Positions 11,932 through 23,844 of a stretch of 64,000 nucleotides of DNA are shown here, in pieces (positions within the stretch are counted from its first letter, which is position 1; every line of letters starts with the position of its first letter). A program made the translations under genes and the position numbers. The notes beneath the pieces were generated by a model, which was not told the origin of the DNA, made no database searches, and worked only from the letters and a program-made list of their open reading frames with translations. Source of the stretch: the human T2T-CHM13v2.0 reference genome, Homo sapiens; assembly GCF_009914755.1 (NCBI RefSeq), contig NC_060929.1; one strand, 5' to 3'.

Positions 11932-12360
11932 CAGTTGATCCTCAAGGACTTGAGAGTTAGGAGCTCTGACCTCTGAGTAGGCAAAAATTCACATATAACT
12001 TTTGGCTTTCCAAAACCTTAACTCATAATAGACTACTGTAGAGAAGGTTTACCTATAATGTAAACAGTTGATTAACACATATGTTACGTTATATGCACTG
12101 TATTCTTATAACAAAGCAAGCTACGGAAAAGAAAATGTTATTAAGAAAATCATGAAGAAAAGAAAATACATTTACAGCTCATTAAGTAGAAGTGGATCAT
12201 CATAAAGGCCTTCAGCCTTGTCATCTTCATGCTAAGTGGGCTGAGGAGGAGAAGGAAGAAGAGGAGTTGATCTTGCTGTCTTAAAGGTGACAGAAGTGGA
12301 GGAAAAGCCACACGAATTGGCCCTGCACATTTCAGACCTGTGTTGTTCAAGAGTCAACAG
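11932..12360 (-). mobile_element. Tigger2a/MER28-like DNA transposon nested in the ERV-L internal sequence
   Basis: TIR-like ends cagttgatcctcaa and ttgttcaagagtcaacag, with TA on the left. Internal aaatgttattaagaaaatcat and gtggatcatcataaagg motifs. Confidence 0.85.
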
Positions 12361-12522
12361 CAGTTGCAGCAGCAGGAATAGCTAACTTTCTCCACTAACT
12401 CCTTACATAAATTTCTCCAGGAATTAAGACCAACCGGAAACCTATTGATGCTCTTCCCAGATGGTTCAAACTTACCACAAAATGCAAATGTAAATGGATC
12501 TGGCTAGTTCAAGAGGGCAGTC

Positions 12523-12976
12523 TGCAGTGGATGTTGTTCCTTGCTGCTTGGAGTCCCCAACTCCTAGACCCCTTTCAGGACCAAGGCACTCATTTCCCCA
12601 CTGCTGTGTGCATTGGCTGCTGATAGCCCACTTCTGCCTCCCTCTGGAAATTGTCTTTGGCCAAAAGGGGCTATCTTTCCCAAGTTGTTGACCTCTTTCC
12701 AGGGGCAACTTGCATTCAATAACTGGCTAATGTTGAGGTACAAAAGCCCAGTCTAATTGTTTCAATTTGGGATGATTCTTAAGGTCCATCCCAGCTCCAC
12801 AGATCCTTGAAGGATCAACTGAGGTCTCTGTTGCAACTGTATCACTGTATCGTCTTGTTACTAATCCCATTTCTTTCATGTCCTCAAGGTGTTGCGCCTT
12901 AAAGCACTATCCAATAAACCTCCTACATGCAAATCTCCATCTCAGAATCTGTATCCAAGAGATTCTACTCAAGACA
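12523..12976 (+). mobile_element. LTR16-like ERVL 3' LTR
   Basis: Purine tract aagagggcag precedes tgcagtggatg. The end ccaataaacctcctacatgcaaatctccatctcagaatctg...aagaca is typical of LTR16. Confidence 0.8.
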
Positions 12977-13869
12977 TCATCTTTTCCAGGTGATACTTCT
13001 TTTAGTGTAGATTACAGGGTTTCTATCCTAGATTTTTTTTTTTTTGCCTATATCTTGGATTATAAACTCACCTTCAATAGAAAGCTTCCTACAAAAATTC
13101 TTTGTAGCCTAGACTGTGGAAGTGTCACTTCACAGTGATTTCCTATTCACTTCTACCAGGTACTCCAATGATATGACTGTCCTAGGATTAATTTTTATGT
13201 AAATTTATCATCTTGACAGTTTCTAAATCACTACAGAAGTTTACATTCTAACTTTAACACAGCATGAGGCAAAGGCGTGATATTTTTATTTCTCTGGGAA
13301 TGAATTTTTTTCTTTTTCGTAGTTCCGAACACCAAATTTCATCCTCTGCCTGTTAAGGTGGGCAGATTTTTTCCCTATGCCCCTAATTACTGAGGCTATA
13401 TCCCTTTGAGCATCCCAGCTTCATGAAGGGGTATTAGTTCCCAGTCAGTGTCTCATAGGACCCACATCCTCATATCTTGGCCTGATCGTATGTTAAAGCC
13501 CAAACTACTAGCTATTACTGAATTTGATAACCACCCATAGGGAAGCTTCGGGATCAGATTCTAAGCTTATAGCTCTTAATTTCAGACATCTTGAGATTTC
13601 CATTTATTTCTTGCAAGTTGATATGCATTAATATCATTTTTAACATATTGCCAGAATCTGAAATTACTGCAGAGTAGCTGAATGTTTCCTTGAGCTATGT
13701 TTTAGCAAGGAATGGAAATCATGAAAATACTGACCCTGGAACTGAAGTAGGAGAAATAACAGACTGAGAAGGAAATGAAAGAAATTGAAACTGTCCCTTT
13801 CATTTCCAGGACAAGCCCTGATAGGCTAGGTATTCATCTGAAAGAAGCTGATCTAGAATCCTAGTGGCC

Positions 13870-14005
13870 CTCATTTGTCTCCTTCATGGGACTGTGAGTT
13901 CTTGAGGGCAGAAACTGTGTCTTGTTTGCTGCTGTATCCCTTGAATCCCTGGAATCATGCTTAGCACATAGTAAATGTTCAGTAGACACTTGCTGACTGA
14001 ATGAG
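13870..14005 (+). mobile_element. L2 3' end
   Basis: gactgtgagttcttgagggcagaaactgtgtcttgttt...gcttagcacatagtaaatgttcagtagacacttgctgactgaatga. Confidence 0.8.
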
Positions 14006-14144
14006 TCAGCAATAAAGCAGAGCTGTGCCAAATGACCAGATATTAAAAAACAAGAAGCAAGAATATAGCATAACATTACATTAACACAAGTCTAAGGAGA
14101 ACAATAAAAATTAGTAGAAAAGGAAAATGGTAATTGAATTATCA

Positions 14145-15085
14145 TATTTATTTGTTCCCATATTGCTCCAACAAATATTTATTGATTATCTATTATTGAA
14201 CCTGGCATGGGGAATATGATGGCCAGCAAAAAGAAGGACATGGTCCCCCCCCATGTAGAAATGTCAGGGGAGGCAGACCTTAAATGAATATACTAATGAA
14301 CATAAAAATAATAGAATGACCAAATCTTCTGTTATCCCAGAACAATCTCTGTTTATACCTATTGTCTCACTGTAATTATTAATAGCATCCTCATTCACTC
14401 TAAAACGTATCCCAGTTGGATGGTCATCTTGGCTATGACTGAGAGGTCCATGGTATTAGAAAAGCGTAAAAAAGGGAGCGTTGCCTGCTCAGAGAGAAGA
14501 AGAAATGCTTCTTTGGAAGAGGCAAGACTGAGCTGAAAAATGGAGGATGGAACACATGGAGTATGTGATTGTGTAGGAGTGCCAGTGGGGAGACCCTGAC
14601 AGCCATAGAGAACAGCAGGCGCAAAGCAAGCCACATTCAAGGAATAACAGAAGGCCTGTCTTGCTAGGTTATCACAGGCAAGAGGTATCCTACAGAGGTA
14701 GAAGACCCAGACCATTCAGGCCTTGTGGGCATCTTATGAATTTTGGAATTACCTCTTCATCATTTAATAAAAAATGGAGGTGGGAGAGATGGGAAATTTA
14801 GCATTTTGAAAAGATTCCCTTTGACTGCTGTATGGAGAACAGATTTAAGAAAGCCCACAAAGCTAGTTAGAAGGTTACAGTACTAAAGCAATTACGAGAT
14901 GATAGCTTGAAATAGAATGGTGATAGAGATAAAAGAAGTGGATTTGGAATGACTCTAGAGGGCAAAATGACCAGAACTTGGAAATAGATTGGCTATAAGG
15001 AGGGAGAAATAGAAAAGTATGTAGAAGAGATATGTGGCTTACACACCTGGGTGGAGAGTGATGCAATTCACTGAGCGAAGCAATG
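14145..15085 (-). mobile_element. L2 fragment with a nested MER94
   Basis: caacaaatatttattga 3' end, then gaccattcaggccttgtgggc...ttttgaaaagattccctttgactgctgtatggagaacagatt. Confidence 0.7.
14312..14430 (-). mobile_element. MER94-like hAT-Blackjack MITE
   Basis: tagaatgacca...tggtcatctt ends and gtaattattaatagc...ttcactctaaaacgtatcccagttggat core. Confidence 0.65.
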
Positions 15086-15239
15086 CAGCTGCAGATGTGC
15101 AGATGTAGCACATCTATCTATCCATCCATGCATTTGTCTCTTTAGGAAACCATCATTCCTTGACACCTGGTATATGGCAGGTACTGTAGGTAATCACAAA
15201 TACGTTTACTATGAAATAAGGAGTAAAAGCCTACAAATA

Positions 15240-15750
15240 TGTATTTTATCAGTTATCATATTTTCAGCTGCAAGTAATAGAAAACTCAATTCAAAATTGC
15301 TTAAACAATGAGAACTTTTTTAAGTCCTAAAATGGAAAGTCCTAGCTTTGTTGATTCAGTGGCCCTAATGACATCAAGGATGTTCATTCTTTCAGTCTTT
15401 CTACTCTGCCGTTGTTACTCAATTGACTTTTCCTGGATTAGTTCCAAGCACATGATAGCATTCAGCAGCAAAATGATGATTTTTTCCCCATGTATTTCTT
15501 TTTCAAAACTAGGAAACCTTCCCTAGAAACCTCTCAATAAGTTTCTCTTCATATCGTAGTGCATGGAATGGTATCACAAGCTTATTCCTATGCAAGGGAC
15601 TGGCTAGAGGAATAGAATTTCCATGACTTGTCCAGTGAAGCCCAGGGCCAGGTGGAAAAAGATGACTTGCCAAACAAATTTGGGGGTTTATTTACCAAAA
15701 GAAAGGATAAATTGTATGTTGGGTGCAACCTAGATGGTGTCTGCTATATC
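15240..15750 (-). mobile_element. MLT1K/L-like MaLR LTR
   Basis: cagctgcaagtaatagaaaactcaattcaaaattgcttaaacaa...gggtgcaacc...gtgtctgctata. Confidence 0.6.
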
Positions 15751-17712
15751 TATGGAGCAAGGAAGTATATAGTATTGTATTAGGAGTAAACAGAGTAGTT
15801 TAGGAGATGGAATAAGAAGAAGTCACCTTGGAGATTGGAGGAGAAGAAATATTTCCAAGGCTGGGAAAGATTATTAGGTTTATGTCACTCTGAAGGCAAA
15901 ATCTGAAGTCTAAGATTACAGCAGCACTTAAAAGAATACTAGCATAAATCCATCTTCACCCATTGATTCTCCTGATTTCAGGCATCCTTACCAGTTTCCT
16001 GAATTCTTCCGAAGTCACATAAATATTGTTTCTTATTGTTTCTAAGCTTCACTGAACTGAAAGAAGAATGGTTGAATGGGGTTTTGCATAAAATACTAGA
16101 AATATTTGTTACTTAGCTCTGGCTCAATCCAAGCCTGACCTGTTTCTGTCATTACTGCCAGAATAATTTCTCCAGCTCTTGCCAGATTTGTAGTTGTCAG
16201 GATAATAATTTATCCATCTTGTTGTCAGATTCACAGCTAGTTTGCCTGACTCTAGGGGAATCTAAATGACTATCACTAGACATGGTGTGCAACTTATATT
16301 TTAAATGCATTTGATTCCAGACATTCTCCCACTGCCACACTCCAAATCCAGAGACTTACAAAACTACTCTTGCAATACCATTTTTTCCCATTCTAGAAAG
16401 TGCCACCACGCCCAAAGATCAGTTTTCCTCCAGTTTTCTTTAAATGCTCACTAAAATGACTGACAATATTCACTGAACACAGTTACTAAATCAGTCCCCC
16501 AGGTCTCTAGGCCCAGAGCTCTTCCCTACTTCCACATTTCTTCCATCCTTACTTCCCCGCCTAACCACTCTCAAATCATTCCTGTTCTCCAAAAGAGTCT
16601 TGATTTCCCAGATTGGCATATTACCTTCTTATTTTGCAAAAGACCAATTTTGAAGCTTCTCATTTTAAAGACAAAAAGTCTCCATATTTGCTTTCAAGGA
16701 CAACCAGAAGTTACTCAGCATGTTTCTTAATTCATCCCCTTCAGCTTCCCCTTTTACAATGGGTCCTTTTCAAGATGTTAACTACAAGTATTAAATTACC
16801 CTCCTGACGTATGTATCCTTTTCCTCTTCCTCCAAGGAATGCTTGGAAAGGAATCCAATTGTGGGCAGATGTTAGGTTTTTCTCAAAAGCACTCTCTGTC
16901 AAATAACAAGACACAGTTATAGTTCAAATAAAAATACTAATAGTGATTTGCATGATAAGCAAGAGTGCTGATTACTGGCTTTGAAAGCATATCATAATGG
17001 CTTTTTACAATTATACTTATACTCTATTATTCTTCCTTTCTTATTCTCTAGTCAGTGTTCCTAATTGCACTGCCCCTGGAAAACGCACGGAGAAGAAATA
17101 CAGCAAAATACATGAGATGGTGAAACACTCTGGCAACTGCAAGCGGACAGATGGGATCTGGGAGGTAATGCAGGGTCACAGGGCAGTTACACCAGGATAT
17201 TTGGTTCTTTCCTACTCTCCTTTCCCCACCCTCAATGCTATATACATAACTGCTAGTGAATCAATTTATGTACATATCCCAGATATCTAGGACTGGTTGA
17301 GGCGGGTTATCCAAGAGAGTCACAGTGTATTACCATTTTTTATTAAGTACAACCAGACCAACAGAGAACTGATTAACTCAACCACTGAACTTTATGTTTT
17401 CCCCCATCATCTATAGAATTGATTTTACTGGATTTTGACATGTCAGTTTATCACTTACTTTATCCTTCAGTGAAGGACACACTAAGGAATGGAGTTATTA
17501 AGCTTGTTCTACTGGCTGTGAGGATGTTGTTGAGGGACATTGTTCATGACGTTATGTTGTGTCATTTTTATGAGGACTCAATGGAAGGACTTCTGTCTGA
17601 TTTCAGTACTGGAAGTAGTCATACTTCTCCTGAGCAACCATTTTCTTTCTCCTTTTTAAAAATCTCATTGTCTCTGTGAATCATGTCACTGATCATTTTT
17701 CTTAGGACCTTA

Positions 17713-17714
<2 letters not shown>

Positions 17715-17759
<45 letters not shown>
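17715..17759. repeat. (GT)22 microsatellite
   Basis: Perfect dinucleotide run. Confidence 0.98.
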
Positions 17760-17762
<3 letters not shown>

Positions 17763-17933
17763 AGGATCATTCATTACTCCACCCTATTTTTCCCTATACT
17801 TACTTTATACTGTTCCAAGTGTATTTATTTTTTTACCCAACAGAAATTTATTTCTGGTTCACATATTTGCTGAATGCAGGTATTTTGCAGGTGACATTCT
17901 GTGAGGTAATTTGGGGCCCCACAATCTTTTACC

Positions 17934-18350
17934 TTTTTTTACATTTTTAATTTTTATGGATACATAACTGTTGCACATATTTATAGAGTACATATAATAT
18001 TTTGATACAAGCATACAATGTGTCATGATCAAGTCAGGGTAATTGGGACATCTTCACCTAAAACATTGATCATTTCTTTGTTTTGGGAACATTCCAATTC
18101 TACTTTTCTAGTTATTTTGAAATATACAATAAATTATTACTAACTATAGTCACCCTATTGTGCTATTGAACCCTAGATCTTATTCCTTCTATCTACTTGT
18201 ATTTTTGTATCCATGAACCAGCCCCTCTCTATTGCCCCTCACCACCACCCTTCTCAGACTCTGGCACCATCATTGTACTCTTGATCTCCATGAAATCAGC
18301 CTTTTTAGCTCGTATATATGAGTGAGAACCTGTGATATTTGTCTCCCTGT
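17934..18350 (-). mobile_element. L1MA-type 3' end fragment
   Basis: tttttatggatacataa...tttgatacaagcatacaatgtgt...catttctttg...gaacattccaa...tacaataaattattactaactatagtcaccct...atatgagtgagaac. Confidence 0.85.
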
Positions 18351-18934
18351 CTTTCACCTGATGGATCTACCATCCTCTAGGGACTCCCATCTTCTGCATG
18401 GCATCAGCACAAGGGTGAAGAGGGAAGATAAAGGATCATGCAGGGAGTTTCATGGACTAGGCCTGGAAGTGCCATATTCCACTGCTGCTTGTGTTCCAGA
18501 AGGCAGCCGCACAGCCACAAGGGATCGTAAAGGAAGCTGAAAAATATGATCGAGCATTGTGTCTGGGAAGAGAGGGAAATGGGTATGGTGCATGACTAAC
18601 CAGTGTTTGTCACAGCACAGAAAGTAAGGTATAAAGGAAACAACTCACTCTGTATTCCCTAAGACAGTTGTGCTAATAGCATTAGCAGAATTGTTAATGT
18701 TAGCAGAAATAACAGTTAATTGTTCAGGTGTAGAACCCCCAGGGTGAGCTGGGAATTCTCTCTTGAATGACAGTCTTCCATTTTGTCTCTTCTTCTTAGT
18801 CTTTTCTGCCATTGCCTTTGTTCAGATCTTTTCTACCTTGTGTCCAGCTTGCTGGAACCTCCACCTTCCTGGCCTGAAAGAACTAGCTTGTGAACATGTA
18901 TCATGTTTGCTTTCTTCTGCAAGTTGGCTCATAC

Positions 18935-19462
18935 ATTTTATTATTACCTAATGCTGCGTAAAAACTCATTCCAAAACTCAGTGGCTTAAAACAGCAGTAA
19001 ATTTTTATATCTCTCCTGGTTTCTGTGGGTCAGGAATTTGGGGAGCAGCTTAGCTGGGTGGTTTTGGTTTGGGGTTTCTCTTGGGGTTGAACTGAGATAT
19101 CTGCTGGGCTCTGCAGTCATCTGAAAACTTACTGGGGGCTCAAGGTGGTTCACACATGTGGATGGCAAGTTGGTACTGGCTGTTGGCAAGATGTCTCAGT
19201 ATCTCTCTAAGCAGGCCTCTCTTCACGGCTGCTTGAGTGACTTCATGGAATGGTGGCTGAATTCTCCCAGAATAAATGATTCAAGAGCCAAGGTAAAGCC
19301 ATATGCCCTTTATAACCGGGCCTCGGAAATCCCTCACTGTCACCTCTGCCATACTCTACTGTTCATGTGAATGACCCTGATTCAGTGTGGGAAGAGACTA
19401 TGCAGGGCATAATACCAGAAGGCAAAAATCACTGGGGGCAATTTGGGAGGCTGGCCACCACA
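18935..19462 (-). mobile_element. MLT1F-like MaLR LTR
   Basis: ccaaaactcagtggcttaaaaca...tctgtgggtcaggaatttggg...ctgcagtcatctgaa...tcactgggggcaatttgggaggctggccaccaca. Confidence 0.85.
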
Positions 19463-21842
19463 CAGACTGCATTTCAACTATGCACCTCCCTCAATCTCAA
19501 CTTTTTCCATACTCTCTCACTTTCTCTTCCACTTTCTGTATTCAGATCAAAGCCCATCGCTTCATGAAGTATGCCCTGACCACTCAGCAACTAGCACTCC
19601 CATTGCAATTCATTGTTCTTGCCACATATATGGTCTTTATAATTTAACACCCTGCTTTGAAGATGTACACGTGTGTCTTTTCTTTCAGATGGAATTTAAA
19701 GAATCGTACACTATACTCCCTGTCATATAGTAGGCACTCAATAAATATTTTTTCTACGGGTGAATGAATGAGTGAATGAAGAGTACAAGCCAGAATCCCT
19801 GTGTCCCTACCTGTGGGCTTTTCCCTTGCTGCTTGACCTTAGTGAAGTCACTCCACCTCTCAGTCTGCTAACTCCTTCATAAAATGAAGATAATTATACC
19901 CACCCCAGCTGTCACAGACATGCTTTGACATTTGAAAGAGGCAGCACTTATAAAAGTGTTTTCGAGTGTATAAAGAACAGGGCAAGGTGGTGTTAGTTAC
20001 CTGGTTCACAAGTGATGGCTGACATGTATGGCACTGTCATGGGATTCAGATCAGTCAATCCCTCTGACTCCCGCCTCAAGAAACAGTTCACACCTACACC
20101 AAGCTACACAAAGAGTCTTTGTTCATTCCAACAGCTGCTCCTTCAGCACGTCATGGTCACGATCAGGAGAGGCCCTGGGCAGAGAGAACTGCCTGGTCCG
20201 GGTTGCTAGGCCCCTTCACAGTCACACTCTGGAGATGTCAAAGCCCAAAGGCAAAGTTTATTTCTCTAGTAGAATTCTCAGGTTTCCTTTCCCTTCGTAC
20301 ACTCTGGTTTTATAATGTTTTTATTATAGATAATTGTCTAGGGATAATTTTTTTTTGCATCTAACTCTTTTAAATAAAAATTAACATAAAGTAAATTAGT
20401 GTCTTTTTTTGGTGTACAGTTCCATGAATTTTAATCCATGGGTCAATTTATGTAGCTACCGCCAGCACAATCAGGACCCAGAGCAGCTCCATCACCCTCA
20501 GCAAAGTCCCACGTTCTTTCCTGTTGTAGTCACACCCCTGTCCCCACCCACACTGATGTCAATCACTGATATGTCCTCCATCACAGTTTTGTCTTTTTCA
20601 GAATATCACACACATGCAATCATACAGTATGCACCCTTTAGAAATTTTTTTTTTCACTTGACATACCCTTGAGATTCATCCAAGCCTGTTTCTCTTTATT
20701 ACAAAGTAATATTCCTTTGTAAGGAAGTACCTCTATTTGTTTATTCACCCACCTGTTGAAGGACATTTGGAGTGGGATTGTTGGCACATATGGTAAATGT
20801 ATGTTTAACTTTCCAAAATCTGCCAAACTATTTTCCAGAGTGGCTTTAATGTTTTCATTCCCAAAAGCATTGTGTGAGATATCCCAGTTGCTCCTCATCC
20901 TCACCAACACTTGGTATTGCATTTGATTTTTGAGCCATTCTTATAGACATGTTGTGGTACGTCATGGGTTTAATTGGCATCTCCCTCAAAAGTAAAGTGT
21001 TTGTTCAAGTCTGTGCACACTTTTTAATTGCTTGTTTTCTTATTGTTGAATTTTGAGACTTATTTATGTGTTCTGAATACATGTCCTCTGTCGGATACAT
21101 GATTTACAAATATTTTCATTCCAATCTGTGAGTTGTCTTTTCATTCTCTCAACAAGGTCTTTGTAGAAAGAAATTTTTAATTTTGATGAAGTTCAATTTA
21201 TTAATTTTTAATGTTACTGATTATGCTTTTGGTAAGATGTCTAAGAATTCTTTGCCTAACCACAGTTCGTAATACAGAAAAGTTTGTAATATGGGAAAAT
21301 ACAGGCTGCTTTCTCCTACATTTACTTTTAACATTTGTATTTTTTAAATTTTACATTTAGACCTATGATCCATTTGGAGTTAATTTTTGAATAAGGTGTG
21401 AGGTTGTGAGAATTTCAAGGTTCTTTTTTCTTTTCATTTTTTTGTATATGGTTGCCCAATAGTTTCAACACTATTTATTGGTTTCAGAAGTTTTCCTCTA
21501 GATTTTCTGGGAATTTCCACATAAGCAATCATGTCGTCTGGACTAGAGACAGTTTTATTTATTCCTTTCTAATCTGTATGACTCTTTTTATCTTCTTCTT
21601 GATGCATTGAACTAGCTAGGACTTCCAGTACAATTCCAGTAATAAAAGTAATGTAAGTGGAACCGCTTCTCTTGTATCCAGTCTTAAGTGGAGGGCATTC
21701 AGTGCTTCACCAATGAGTGTGATGCTAGCTGTATGTTTTTTAATTTTGTAAAGTGCTTTGTCTGCATCAATTAATATGATCATATGTTTTTTCTTCTTTA
21801 GACTTTCAGTATGGTGGATTGAATTACAGTTTTAAATTCACA

Positions 21843-22488
21843 AAGAAAAGGGAACATTTACACACTGTTGGTGGGAGTGTAAATTAGTTCAACCATTGTG
21901 GAAAGCAGTGTGACTATTTCTGAAACAGCTGAAAGCAGATCTATCTTTTGACCCAGCAACTCCATTACTGGGTATATACCTAGAGGAATATAAATCATTC
22001 TACCATAAAGACACATGCATGCAAATAATCATTGCAGCACTGTTCGCAATGGCAAAGTCATGGAATCAATCGAAATGCCCATCAATGGTAGATTGGATAA
22101 AGAAAATGTGATACATATACACCATGGAATACTATGGAGCCATAAGCAATAATGAGATCATGTCTTTTGCAGGAATATGGATGGAGCTGGAGGCTATTAT
22201 CTTTAGCAAATTAACTCAGGAACAGAAAACCAAATACTGCATTTTCTCAATTGTAAGTGGGAGCTAAGTGATGAGAACTTAACTAACACAAAGATGGGAA
22301 CAACAGACACTGGGGTCTACTTGAGGGTGAAGGGAGGGAGGAGGGAGAGGAGCAGAAAAGATAACTATTGGGTACTGGGCTTAATACCTGGGGGATGAAA
22401 TAATCTGTACAACAAACCCCCGTGATATGAGTTTACCTATGTAACAAATCTTCACATGTACCCCCAAACTTAAAAGTTTTTAAAAAAA
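21843..22488 (+). mobile_element. 5'-truncated L1PA13-16-like 3' end
   Basis: acactgttggtgggagtgtaaattagttcaaccattgtggaa...ggaacagaaaaccaaatactgcat...gtacaacaaaccccc...A-rich tail. Confidence 0.9.
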
Positions 22489-22496
22489 TTATCAGC

Positions 22497-22582
22497 TTAG
22501 ATTAGTGATTTGAGATCTTGCTTCTTTTCCAATATAACCATTTAGATTAGCGATTTGAGATCTTCTTTTCAAATATGACCAT
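22497..22582. repeat. Two-copy tandem duplication of ~41-45 bp
   Basis: ttagattagtgatttgagatcttgcttcttttccaatataaccat followed by ttagattagcgatttgagatcttcttttcaaatatgaccat. Confidence 0.9.
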
Positions 22583-23482
22583 TTATTGTATTAAAAGCCT
22601 TTTAAATGTTTTGTTTCATTGACAAATTTTGACATGTTGTATTTTTATTTATATTTAGTTAAAAATATTTTACAATTATTCTTGAGATTTCCCCTTTGAA
22701 TTATGAATAATTTTGAAATGTGTGGTTTAATTTCTCACTGAACAATTTGCTATTCTTGTTCTGTTATTGATTTTGAGTCTAATTCCATACTTTTAAAGAC
22801 TTCAATTCTTTTAAATTTTTTATTATTTGCTTTATGACAAAAGATATGATTTATTTTGATGAACATTTCATGTGCACGTGAAAAGATTTGTATTTGCTGT
22901 TTTTGGTAGAGTAGTCTGTAAGTGTCAGACCTACTTAATGGTGCTGTTCTTTTCTTCCATATCCTGGCTGATCAAATGTCTACTAGTTCTGTTGATACTG
23001 AAAAAGAAGTGTTGAAGTCTCCAACTATGATTTTGAATTTGTCTATTTCTGTTTTCAGTTTTGTGAATTTTTGCTTAATCTAATTTGAAACTCTGTTGTT
23101 AAATGCAAATACATTAGTTAGATGGTATTTCTTCTTGGTGAATTGATCAATTATAATTATGTAATGTTCCTCTTTATTTCTAGTAAGTTTTTTCCTTTGA
23201 AGTCTACTTTGTCTGATATTAATATTGCCCTTTCAGCTGTCTTTTGATTTGTGTGTGCATAATATTTCTCTTTCTGTACTTTTCCTTTTAACATACCTTT
23301 ATCATTATAGTTAAAATGGATTTTTTGTACGCAGAATATTGTTGGGTCTTTTTTTATGCATTCTGATAATCTCTGCCTTTCTGGGTGTTTTTAGAGCACT
23401 TACGTTTAATGTTATTTTATATGTTTTACTTAGGCCTCTTTTAAAAATCATTTTTTAAGTAATTTCTCCATTTCTACCCTAA

Positions 23483-23844
<362 letters not shown>

